NCBI GenBank assembly: GCA_002347655.1 | Contig: DDWR01000024.1 | Span: forward strand, 140,971 to 204,970 | Reading direction: 5' to 3' | DNA: 64,000 bases | Origin: Verrucomicrobia bacterium UBA2281 | Lineage (GTDB): Bacteria > Verrucomicrobiota > Kiritimatiellia > CAIQIC01 > Lenti-01 | Shown here: positions 17,401 to 25,139 of the stretch, piece after piece | Layout of the letters: each line of letters starts with the position of its first letter | How positions within the stretch are numbered: position 1 is the stretch's first letter | Program-made: the position numbers and the translations under genes | The notes under the pieces: generated by a model | The model's input: only the letters and a program-made list of their open reading frames with translations | What the model was told of the DNA's origin: nothing | Database searches by the model: none

Positions 17401-19815
17401 GTCATCGTCGGCTGCGAGATCGCATCCAACGAAATGCCCCGCGCCGTCCGATGGGTGAATGGCCAGGTCGCCGCCGTGGGCGGCCTGACGGGGGCGACGC
17501 AAAGCGTCGCCTTCGATGTCGGCGAAGATGGAACCATCGCCGGCATGCAGAAAATCGGCGGTCAATGGCGACCGTTCCTGGCGGATGCCGCGAGCGGCGA
17601 CGCCTTTTCGCCCGCCATGCTTGGCGGCGTGGATTTCCGGGAATTCTGGCATGTCGGCAAGTTCGGCGCGTTGGGCTGGGGCGCCAGCAACGACGCCCAG
17701 CGCCTCTACTGGGTGTTCCCGGACGACGATCAGGACGGTTTTTCGGACGTCGTCGAGCAGGAGATCGTCGCTGCCGACCCGTTCGACACCCTGATCACCA
17801 TTGCGGGCGTGCTCGGAAGCGACGATTTCGACGGCGACGGGCTGACCAACGCTCAAGAGTGGGAAAAACAGAGCGATCCGGTGCTCAAAGACAGCGACGG
17901 CGACCGCCTTCCGGATGGGACCGATCCTTGGCCTTTGACCCGGCGGGACCGGGACGGCGACGGTTTGCCGGACGACTGGGAAACCCACCACGGCCTCAAC
18001 CCCTTGTCGGCGACGGGCGCGAATGGCGCTGCGGGCGACCCGGACGGCGATGGATTGGTCAATCGCCTGGAATTCGAACTGGATACCGTTCCGACCGGTC
18101 CAAATGGCCCGGCATTTCGGTTCCACCGGGATAAGCTCAATCAATTGCAGGTATCCATCGAAGACTCGCTGAATTGCCCGAACGGAACTCAGGATTCGCG
18201 GCAAATCGTCGAGCGCAGCATCCGGTTTGTAGAAATATTGGATACCAACTTGCCGCCGCTCGACATCAATTTCCTGGTGGGCGTCGCGGGACGGGTCGAA
18301 CGCCAGGATGCTGGTTATGACTTGGTCAGCGTCAACGGCGTTCGGGCCTTTGCCGGATCGAGCGAAGGCTTGGGCTGTGAAATGGCCGAAAAATCCGAAT
18401 GGGTTGTTGTGCCGGTGTCGGTGCCGCCGGGCGACCTCGTCTTGACTTACGATACATACGACGGTGCATTTCATACAGGGGCCTTTGCGAGAGTGACAGG
18501 AATCGCACTAACCCAGGCCGAGACGAACGTGCCTTCAGTGGAAGTCGCCGAGACCGAAATATTCGTCTGCGCGGGATGTACGAACGGTTGCACCGCGACA
18601 TTCCACTTGACGAACGGAAACCCCGTCGGTGTTTCTGCGGATTGGTACGGAGGACCCAGCAATGCCCTGCTCGGCACGGGTACGAGCGTGACCATCGACT
18701 ACACGGCATGGCCCCCCGCCAGCTACCGCATCGTCGCCTGCGCCACCGGCAACGTGGCCTATGCCGATGCCGCCGTGTTGCACGTACTTAAAGTGGAGAC
18801 CGCTTTCGCCGATCCGGACGACGCGAACTGGGCCGACCTGGCGGAAGAGAAAGTCATCCTCTCGGACAAGGACACCCGGATCAAGATCAAGGTCACGCCG
18901 CAACTGGCCGATTTGCAGACCATTTTCTATGCGATCGGCACGACCGTGAATATCAAAACTTCCGGGACCGCTCCGAACGGCCAGGACTTCACGATGACTT
19001 CGCAGAATACAACGCTGGTGCAGGAGAGCGGCTACTCCGAGTTGCGCGTTGCGCTGACGCGTAGCCAACTCATTTCCCTCGGCGTCTTGCCGAGTCAGGA
19101 GAGCGATTCCGTCACGGAGAAAGCTTGGTATGACACTGGTTTCGACACGGACGTGTCGTGGCCGAACCTTCTGGATGGCCACGCTTTCGACAATGGCATG
19201 TCTGCGGAAACGCGCGGGCAATGCACTCAGGCCATATATGGCGGGTTGGACAGCACGCCGCCCAACAGTCCGCTGGACAATTCCTTTTTCAAGGCCGGCG
19301 GGGTCGAAATCATCACGGCGGAATGCTGCTCGGGAGTGTCCGACAAACGCCAGCTCATGAACCAGGCGGATTATTTCTACTACTCCGGCCACGGGTGGAT
19401 CTTAACGGGCGCAGTCTATCCCGGCGGGCCATCTGATGTGAGCGGTTATTGGGACAAGGATTTGAATGTCATCATTTTTGCTGGATGTTCTGTTTTGGAC
19501 ATCAACGATTACAACGACAATACGAATGGTGCGGCCCATCTAGCTTCTCCAGGAAAACTGTGGGAGCCAATTGGCCCTGAATATTTTCTAGGCTATAACT
19601 GGAAAGCACCGACAGACCTGCAAAACTCAGATTCAATTATCTCAAGTTGGCTCTCAAATCGAGGGGCGCTTGGAAATATTGAGGCGTGGCGGGCGGCTAA
19701 CGACAACTCCAACGGACACAACGCCTGTGCAATCATTAAAAATACGAGCTACTTCTATTTTAGAAGAATACTGGGAATTCCCGTATGGACCGAAGTTCAA
19801 AAGGCGGATTGGTGA
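14482..19815 (+). CDS. Large secreted multidomain protein (about 1,777 aa) with TSP3-like Ca-binding repeats, a LamG domain, HAF-type repeats, and a foreign low-GC C-terminal module
   Basis: Signal peptide MKNKPAIGIGITAAIAALGLVALA. Several DxDxDG runs (DSDEDGLTDG, DTDGDGMPDGWE, DPDGDGWLNLQE, DTDEDGISDGDD, DSDGDRLPDG, DRDGDGLPDDWE, DPDGDGLVN). A LamG/ConA-like segment (GGALRFDGIDDWVRI...RLYLDGVLAG...GRIDDVRLYRAVL). A HAF-like segment (AAYAVNDKGVIVG...AVRWVNG). Alternative ATGs at 14488 and 14503. Confidence 0.85.
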   Translation: MPMRNPRMKNKPAIGIGITAAIAALGLVALASDSARTEKPAAVDAQEYADFMANEALDVQDLAEGAELQRRTFNRMTPPGLSWVQPMFPLTVPFDAANFNEKFLDELLGEDRNSVAVYPLTLALDPKTRETWIYNAEGKPIAALPPEKISRAWPEGSDPARVVLRLDLLPAEDVEPYLYVEDRMAETVSAFSEKAAKSARKEAVAKSGLSGGQFGFADARKLTNGNFRLTVTNGPAAAEIFSYTIWHTSSVVVSTWTNDLDEVVVSTNVVWTPVSPPYAGLESAWEVETTNLLLTNGVGIWEDASATGSARVRFYGTTQRADSDEDGLTDGAEIFLHRTDPSLSDTDGDGMPDGWEVTYGLNARSGLDESLVGWWKLDDGAGSNAVNSAQDAYHGELVGFSGLGGGWTGDGCLGGALRFDGIDDWVRIAQDPAMLTGGPFTVSAQVWLDPDCASAWPEAVADYEASTYNGYCLGFNENRAYAMVGPYGWLMDSNALAGRWVWTALEYDGAQMRLYLDGVLAGATPVAFVPATNGFFAIGNGQDDSFGSEFWKGRIDDVRLYRAVLGTNGLAGMYDAQADPDGDGWLNLQESAHGTDPFRADTDEDGISDGDDPEPLVANQEPIMRFRHPLDGQTFLGPAKIELSSEWIYGTQPPSQAVYRIESLLDGATNEIAVAAGSDQKTNWYAPPGVFRLTVRGVDAGGRTGETRRVDVAVAESGSFAALTAAEKQTVLENGPRAVEGVEEWTYGYSGARTGSLPVAAAGSRILAGFAQATNFTAVPVSNSYLDVDYHDRDATYATVVPGNTPTTNLFATLYGAARWGARLEANLPPPSSPRGWPVAYDSFLVFDQNERGEWVGKVYPSLNNLATNDPHALLHMGYGAERDAFFYRNGSYQVLLGPTNFNGEFDYRLVFGLNNAGLVVGAGLDYEAHGGGMYLGLEEFRPIVYGIGQTGTVLAVSTQAIGGAAYAVNDKGVIVGCEIASNEMPRAVRWVNGQVAAVGGLTGATQSVAFDVGEDGTIAGMQKIGGQWRPFLADAASGDAFSPAMLGGVDFREFWHVGKFGALGWGASNDAQRLYWVFPDDDQDGFSDVVEQEIVAADPFDTLITIAGVLGSDDFDGDGLTNAQEWEKQSDPVLKDSDGDRLPDGTDPWPLTRRDRDGDGLPDDWETHHGLNPLSATGANGAAGDPDGDGLVNRLEFELDTVPTGPNGPAFRFHRDKLNQLQVSIEDSLNCPNGTQDSRQIVERSIRFVEILDTNLPPLDINFLVGVAGRVERQDAGYDLVSVNGVRAFAGSSEGLGCEMAEKSEWVVVPVSVPPGDLVLTYDTYDGAFHTGAFARVTGIALTQAETNVPSVEVAETEIFVCAGCTNGCTATFHLTNGNPVGVSADWYGGPSNALLGTGTSVTIDYTAWPPASYRIVACATGNVAYADAAVLHVLKVETAFADPDDANWADLAEEKVILSDKDTRIKIKVTPQLADLQTIFYAIGTTVNIKTSGTAPNGQDFTMTSQNTTLVQESGYSELRVALTRSQLISLGVLPSQESDSVTEKAWYDTGFDTDVSWPNLLDGHAFDNGMSAETRGQCTQAIYGGLDSTPPNSPLDNSFFKAGGVEIITAECCSGVSDKRQLMNQADYFYYSGHGWILTGAVYPGGPSDVSGYWDKDLNVIIFAGCSVLDINDYNDNTNGAAHLASPGKLWEPIGPEYFLGYNWKAPTDLQNSDSIISSWLSNRGALGNIEAWRAANDNSNGHNACAIIKNTSYFYFRRILGIPVWTEVQKADW

Positions 19816-19819
19816 TCTT

Positions 19820-20512
19820 ATGAAAATGCACTATATATTTCTGTTGATTTTCCTGATGCTCGTCTCAATCGCGTTAGGACAACAGCCAGTCAAGATGGCC
19901 GATATTCTTAATACAGTTCGGCAGCAGGGCCATTTGAAAGATCCCGAAATTGCTATTTCCGCTGAAAAAATAATTGCGGGTTCTACTAACCTTGAAGAAG
20001 TGGGTGCGGCCAAGATGCTACTTGCGCAATCTCTGGCCGACTCTGGGAGCCATCGTTTGAATGCTGATGCTCTTGAAAGAGCAAGAACGCTTTGGGAAGA
20101 AGAGCTCCGCGACAGTCCGAGTTCTTGGGAAGGGCAGTTGGCTCGATTTAATCTGATCGCCGACCTCGGTACACAGGGGTCAAACTCGGCCATAATCGTT
20201 TCGGCTCAAGACGCCTTGAAAGACATGAACTTTGACATATTGGAAAATTCCTCTAGTCCTGTGTTGAAAACGCTTCGCCAGCTTTTTGGGGATCGGCCAA
20301 ACCTTTTCCGTGAAGGAATGAAGCTTGCCCTTGCAAACGCACTCTGCAATGAACTCCGCATTGCAGAAGCACGAAATGTTTTCGATACCATTACGGATCC
20401 TGAATACAAAAACATCATTCAATCCCGTATCGTTTTGGCGGAGAAGTCGCTGACCGAGAAAGAACATTTAGCCGCTGAACATCTGAAATCTGCCCCGGGT
20501 TCAGTTCCGTAG
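19820..20512 (+). CDS. Small secreted protein of unknown function (low-GC, candidate immunity/inhibitor partner of the upstream C-terminal module)
   Basis: 230 aa with an N-terminal signal/anchor MKMHYIFLLIFLMLVSIALGQQP. Start lies 4 nt after the upstream stop. GC about 46% against about 68% for the genome. Confidence 0.7.
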   Translation: MKMHYIFLLIFLMLVSIALGQQPVKMADILNTVRQQGHLKDPEIAISAEKIIAGSTNLEEVGAAKMLLAQSLADSGSHRLNADALERARTLWEEELRDSPSSWEGQLARFNLIADLGTQGSNSAIIVSAQDALKDMNFDILENSSSPVLKTLRQLFGDRPNLFREGMKLALANALCNELRIAEARNVFDTITDPEYKNIIQSRIVLAEKSLTEKEHLAAEHLKSAPGSVP

Positions 20513-21127
20513 TCTAGTGGTTTCTTGGAGGTCGGCGGGGTATTCCACGGTGTTGATAAATTCTTGGGGCGGTCGCCTCGCGTAAGCCGACCTTACACTC
20601 CGCTCGCTGCGCTCGCGGGTAGTAGGCGCGCCCAGGAGCCGCGCCAGCGCGGGGACGCGCTGTCACGTCTCCTGCGGGGCTGCGGGCGCGCCGCTGTCCC
20701 CCGTGCCGCTTCCCTTCGGGACGCGCGGCCCGTGGGTTTTGGCGCGGCGGGGAGGCGGTAGGCTGCGGTTTCCCCCGCCTTGGTTTTCCCCCCGGCGCCC
20801 CCCTTTCGGAGGCGCCCCCTTTCCGAGTGCGGATCATCGGCCGGGGGGCAAACCCATCCCCGTTCGGTCGCTTGCGCTCCCTCACTGGGGGCAACCGCAC
20901 GGCGGCCATTTTCGTTTATGGTGCCGCCGCCCTTCGGGTCCCCCCGCCGAAATCTCTCTGCCGCTTGCTGAACACCCCCATCCCCCCGCAGTCTTGCGGG
21001 GGCCGGTCGCGCGTACGCCGGCGGGACGCGTCCCGCACGGCTCCCGCGCTTCCACGGTCGCCGCCGACCCGCAACCAGTTTTCGCCGTCCTTGCCCTCGG
21101 GCGGGCGCTTGGGCTATCGTGCGCCCC

Positions 21128-22240
21128 ATGGACGTGTCCGTCATCCTGACCTACCGCTGCAACTCGCGTTGCTCGACGTGCCACGTCTGGCAGCACCCCA
21201 CCCTGCCCGCGGAAGAAGTGACCCTCGCCGTCCTCGCCAAGCTGCCGGGCGGGCTCGACCGGCTCGTGCTCACCGGCGGCGAGCCCACGCTCCGCGCCGA
21301 TCTCGGGGAAATCGTCGATTGCCTCCGCCCCAAGGCCCGCCAGCTCGAGATCTCCACCAACGGCCTGCAGGCCGACAAGCTCGAGCCGATCGCCGCGAAG
21401 CATCCCGACGTCCGGTTCCGCCTTTCCCTCGACGGCCTCGGCGCCCGCAACGATTCCATCCGCGGCGAGAAAAACGGGTTCGAGCGCAAAATGGCGACCC
21501 TGCGCCGGCTCGTCGCGGCCGGCGCGCGCGATCTGGGTTTCGCGGCCACGCTGCAGGACGAGAACGCCGACCAGCTGCTCGAACTCTACCGGCTCTGTTC
21601 CGATTTCGGCGGCGAGTTGGCCGTCGCCGCGCTGCACAACGGCTTCCTGTACCACAAGATCGACAACGAGTCCGCCAACCGCGTGCGTCTCGCGCGCGCC
21701 GTGCAGCCGCTGATCGCCGCGCGGCTCCGGTCCCGCCGGCCGCGGAACTGGTTCCGCGCCCATTCCGAACTCGGTCTGATGCGGAAAATCCTCGGCCAGC
21801 CGCGCGGTCGGCCCTGCACCGCCGGGCGCGACTGCGCCTGCGTCGATCCCTGGGGCCGCGTCTACGCCTGCCCGATCCGCCCCGACCTCGAGATCGGGGA
21901 TCTGGCCGCGCAGACCTGGCGAGAGATCCTTCGCGGCCCGCGCGCCGCCGAGGCCCGCACCCGCGTCGCCCGCTGCACCCACAACTGCTGGCCGGCCGGA
22001 ACCGCCGGGCGCCCCGGGCGGTTCCCCGGGCTCCGGCCGTTCGCGTGGATCGCGGCCCACCGGCTGCGCGGCGTGGGCGGCGGCCCCGTCGATTTCGACC
22101 GCGAAGTGGATTTCGCCGACGTCGCCCAGTCGCCCGTCGTGCCCCGCCGCGAAAGCTGGCTGGGCAAGCCGTTCCGGCCGGCCTTCCAGCGCAAGTCGGA
22201 ACGCCCGTACGGCGCGTTCAACAACGGCATGAACAGGTAG
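21128..22240 (+). CDS. Radical SAM protein with a C-terminal SPASM/twitch-like Cys cluster
   Basis: CNSRCSTC (CxxxCxxC) near the N-terminus. C-terminal CTAGRDCACVDPWGRVYACP...CTHNCW. An alternative GTG start lies at 21119. Confidence 0.85.
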   Translation: MDVSVILTYRCNSRCSTCHVWQHPTLPAEEVTLAVLAKLPGGLDRLVLTGGEPTLRADLGEIVDCLRPKARQLEISTNGLQADKLEPIAAKHPDVRFRLSLDGLGARNDSIRGEKNGFERKMATLRRLVAAGARDLGFAATLQDENADQLLELYRLCSDFGGELAVAALHNGFLYHKIDNESANRVRLARAVQPLIAARLRSRRPRNWFRAHSELGLMRKILGQPRGRPCTAGRDCACVDPWGRVYACPIRPDLEIGDLAAQTWREILRGPRAAEARTRVARCTHNCWPAGTAGRPGRFPGLRPFAWIAAHRLRGVGGGPVDFDREVDFADVAQSPVVPRRESWLGKPFRPAFQRKSERPYGAFNNGMNR

Positions 22241-22244
22241 CCCC

Positions 22245-23372
22245 ATGAAGATCGCCGTCCTCGGCAGCAAATCCCTCCCCGCCTTCGCCGGCGCCGACCG
22301 CGTCGCCGAAAACGTCGTGCAGCATCTGCCCGCCGACGGCGGCACCCGCTGCCACGTCTACGTCGTGCGCACGCCGGCCCAGCCGCGCGCCTTCGATTTC
22401 GCCCCGAACGTCCGCGTCATCCCCGTCCCGGCCTTGAGCGGCAAGCACAGCAAGGCCACCACGTTTTTCCTGCTCAGCGCGCTGCACTGCGCGCTCGTCC
22501 TGCGGCCCGACCTCGCCCACGTCCACGATTCCGCCTTCGGACCCTTCGCGTGGATCCTGCGCATCCTGCGGCCGGGGCTGCCGCTCCTCGGCACCTTCCA
22601 CGGCAACCCCTACGAAAGGGCCAAGTGGAGCCGCTTCGCCAAGGCGTTCCTGCGCTTCTCGGAAGCCGCCTTCGTCCGCGGTTGCCACGCCCTCACCACC
22701 GTGGCCCGCGCCAAGGTCGCCGAGGTCCAGGCGCGGGTCAAAACCCCCATCGAGTTCATTCCCAACGGCGTCGAGCCCGCCCCGGCGATTCCCGCCACCG
22801 GCCTCGCCGCGCGGCTCGGCCTGGTGCCCGGCCAATACCTCATGTTCGCCGCCGGCCGCATGGACCCCACCAAAGGGCTGCACCACCTGCTCGACGCCGT
22901 CGAGCAGCTCAAGCTCGACCTGCCGCTGCTCGTCGTCGGCGGCTTCGAAGGCCACAACCAGGACTATTCGGAGAAACTCCTCGCCCGCTGCCGCGCCGTC
23001 CCGCGCCTCGTGCTGGTTCCCCGGCTCCTGCCCCAGCCCGAACTCTTCGAGCTCGTCGCCGGCGCCCGGCTCTTCGTGTTCCCCTCCGAAATCGAAGCCA
23101 TGAGCATGATGCTGCTCGAAGTGATTTCCTGCGGCGTGCCCGTGCTGGCCTCCGACATCGCCGAAAACGTCGAAGTCGTCGGCGCGGATTATCCGTGGCT
23201 GTTCCGGAACGCCGACGCCGCCCACCTGGCCGAAAAGCTCGCCCGGTTCCTGGGCGCCGGCCCCGGCCCGGAAATCGCCGCCCTGCGCGAACGCTGCGCG
23301 CGCGAGTTCAACTGGACCGCCATCGCCGGGCGCTACCTCGCGCTGTACCGCCGCCTTGCCGGCGGCGTTTGA
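22245..23372 (+). CDS. Glycosyltransferase family 1 (GT4-like)
   Basis: C-terminal GT1 signature ...LFVFPSEIEAMSMMLLEVISCGVPVLASD. Starts 5 nt after the radical-SAM stop. Confidence 0.85.
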   Translation: MKIAVLGSKSLPAFAGADRVAENVVQHLPADGGTRCHVYVVRTPAQPRAFDFAPNVRVIPVPALSGKHSKATTFFLLSALHCALVLRPDLAHVHDSAFGPFAWILRILRPGLPLLGTFHGNPYERAKWSRFAKAFLRFSEAAFVRGCHALTTVARAKVAEVQARVKTPIEFIPNGVEPAPAIPATGLAARLGLVPGQYLMFAAGRMDPTKGLHHLLDAVEQLKLDLPLLVVGGFEGHNQDYSEKLLARCRAVPRLVLVPRLLPQPELFELVAGARLFVFPSEIEAMSMMLLEVISCGVPVLASDIAENVEVVGADYPWLFRNADAAHLAEKLARFLGAGPGPEIAALRERCAREFNWTAIAGRYLALYRRLAGGV

Positions 23373-23398
23373 CCGTCCGGGCCCCGCCGCGGCGGACG

Positions 23399-25135
23399 TC
23401 AGTCCTTGTTTTGCGCGGGACGGAAGTCCTGCAGATGCAGCTGGAGGTATTCCTGGCCGTTGTAGCGGTTGAGGATGAGGTTGAAGGCGACGTCGAGCGG
23501 GCCGTCGGGCACCTCGCGGTCGCCCATGCCGAACCCGATGGCCTCGCGCTGCTTGCCGCCCAGCGAGAAGATCAGCTTGAGATGCTTGCCGCCGATGACG
23601 CGCGCCGGAAACAGCGGGGTCACGTTGCGGAGGGCCCAGACCGGCAGCGGGTTCGAGTGGCCGAACGGCCGCAGGCGGTTCTGGTCGTGGTAGAGGGGAT
23701 CGCCGATGTCGCCGGGCGCGATCCAGGCGTCCACCATCAGCTGCCGCCGCTGGTCCACCTGGCTGAGGGTGGCCGCGCAGACTTCGTTGAACCGCGCGGC
23801 GAATTCGGGGATGCGGGCCTGGTCCACCTCGAGGCCGGCCGCCATCGCGTGGCCGCCGTAGCGGCGGAGCATCGCCGAGCATTGCTGGAGATGGCTGAGC
23901 AGGTCGAACCCGGGCACGCTGCGGCACGAGCCGCGCCCGACGCCGTCGTCGTCCATGCCGATGACCACGACGGGCCGGTTGTAGCGGCTGGCGATGCGCG
24001 AGGCCACGATGCCGATCACGCCGGCGTGCCAGTGCGGATGCGCCACGACGAGGCCGAAGTCCTTGTCCGCGTCGAACCGCGCGTCGAGGTCCGCGCAGGC
24101 TTCGCCCACGATGCGGTCTTCGATTTCCTGCCGCTTGCGGCTGGCGTCGTCGAGCTGCTGGGCCAGGATCTTCGCGCGCGGCTCCTGTTCGGTCATCACC
24201 AGCTCCAGCGCGGCGTCGGCGTTGCCGAGCCGCCCGGCGGCGTTGATGCGCGGGCCGATCATGAACCCGATGTGGTAGGTGTCCACCGGCCCGGTGATGC
24301 CGGCGGCCTCGATCAGCGTGCGCAGGCCCACGGACTTGGTTTTGTTCAGCAGCATCAGGCCGTGGTAGACGAGGATGCGGTTTTCCTTCAGCAGCGGCAC
24401 GATGTCCGCGACGGTGCCGACGGCCACCAGCTCCATGTAGGTCTTGAGGTCCAGCTTCTCGGCGGCTTCCAGCTTGCGCTGGCGCGCGGCCTTGACGAGC
24501 CCGTGGCACACCTTGAACGCCACGCCGACGCCCGCCAGCATGCGGATGTCTTCCGGGCAGTTGCCCAGCTTGGGGTTCACGATGGCGCAGGCCTCGGCGA
24601 CGCCTTCCGCGGCGGGCTCGTGGTGGTCGGTCACCACCACGTCGATGCCCAGCCGCGCGGCTTCGCGCACCGCCTCGACGGAGCTGGTACCGCAGTCGAC
24701 GGTGATGATGAGGCTGGGCCGGAACACCTCCACGCAGCGGTGCAGGGTCTCGACGCCCAGGCCGTAGCCGTCTTCGATGCGGTGCGGCAGGAAGGGCGCG
24801 GCGATCGCGCCCAGCTCGCTCAGCACCCGGATCATCAGCGCCGTGGCCGTCACGCCGTCCACGTCGTAGTCGCCGTAGACGAGGATCGAACTGCCCTGCT
24901 CGACGTGCTGGAGGATCAGATCCACCGCCTTGTCCATGCCCGGCAGCGCGAACGGATCGGTCAGGTCCGCCAGCCGCGGCTGGAGGAACCGCTCGATCTC
25001 GGCGGAATCCGTCAGGCCCCGCGCCACGAGGGCGCGGGCCATCGCGCGCGAAAAGCCGAACTCCGCGGCGATGCCCTCCGCCGTTTCGGGCGGGGCCGAC
25101 ACCATCGTCCAGCGCTTTTCGGAGCGAACCACCAT
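23399..25135 (-). CDS. recJ: Single-stranded-DNA-specific exonuclease RecJ
   Basis: DHH motifs (ILVYGDYDVDGVTAT, VVTDHH) and a DHHA1 domain. The start is probably MVVRSEKRW at 25135; the longer frame is Arg-rich junk. Confidence 0.85.
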   Translation of the reverse strand: MVVRSEKRWTMVSAPPETAEGIAAEFGFSRAMARALVARGLTDSAEIERFLQPRLADLTDPFALPGMDKAVDLILQHVEQGSSILVYGDYDVDGVTATALMIRVLSELGAIAAPFLPHRIEDGYGLGVETLHRCVEVFRPSLIITVDCGTSSVEAVREAARLGIDVVVTDHHEPAAEGVAEACAIVNPKLGNCPEDIRMLAGVGVAFKVCHGLVKAARQRKLEAAEKLDLKTYMELVAVGTVADIVPLLKENRILVYHGLMLLNKTKSVGLRTLIEAAGITGPVDTYHIGFMIGPRINAAGRLGNADAALELVMTEQEPRAKILAQQLDDASRKRQEIEDRIVGEACADLDARFDADKDFGLVVAHPHWHAGVIGIVASRIASRYNRPVVVIGMDDDGVGRGSCRSVPGFDLLSHLQQCSAMLRRYGGHAMAAGLEVDQARIPEFAARFNEVCAATLSQVDQRRQLMVDAWIAPGDIGDPLYHDQNRLRPFGHSNPLPVWALRNVTPLFPARVIGGKHLKLIFSLGGKQREAIGFGMGDREVPDGPLDVAFNLILNRYNGQEYLQLHLQDFRPAQNKD

Positions 25136-25139
25136 GGCG

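Noticed and set aside
14169-18474. Antisense and alternative-frame ORFs (14169..14780, 14440..15663, 15718..18474 and others) within the large secreted-protein gene
   Set aside because: No start context or domains. They are entirely contained in the well-supported 14482..19815 frame.
20514-20909. Possible structured RNA (RNase P, SRP or tmRNA) in the 600-nt gap
   Set aside because: I could not find the conserved core motifs of RNase P RNA, 4.5S RNA or tmRNA by eye. It remains an open possibility that needs covariance-model search, so it is kept only as a low-confidence idea within the finding above.
20593-22345. ORFs 20593..21144(-), 20703..21149(+), 20780..20971(+), 20827..22248(+) and 20882..22345(-)
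   Set aside because: Arg/Pro-rich low-complexity translations. The region is better explained as a non-coding gap plus the radical-SAM gene (21128..22240), which has the diagnostic CxxxCxxC motif.
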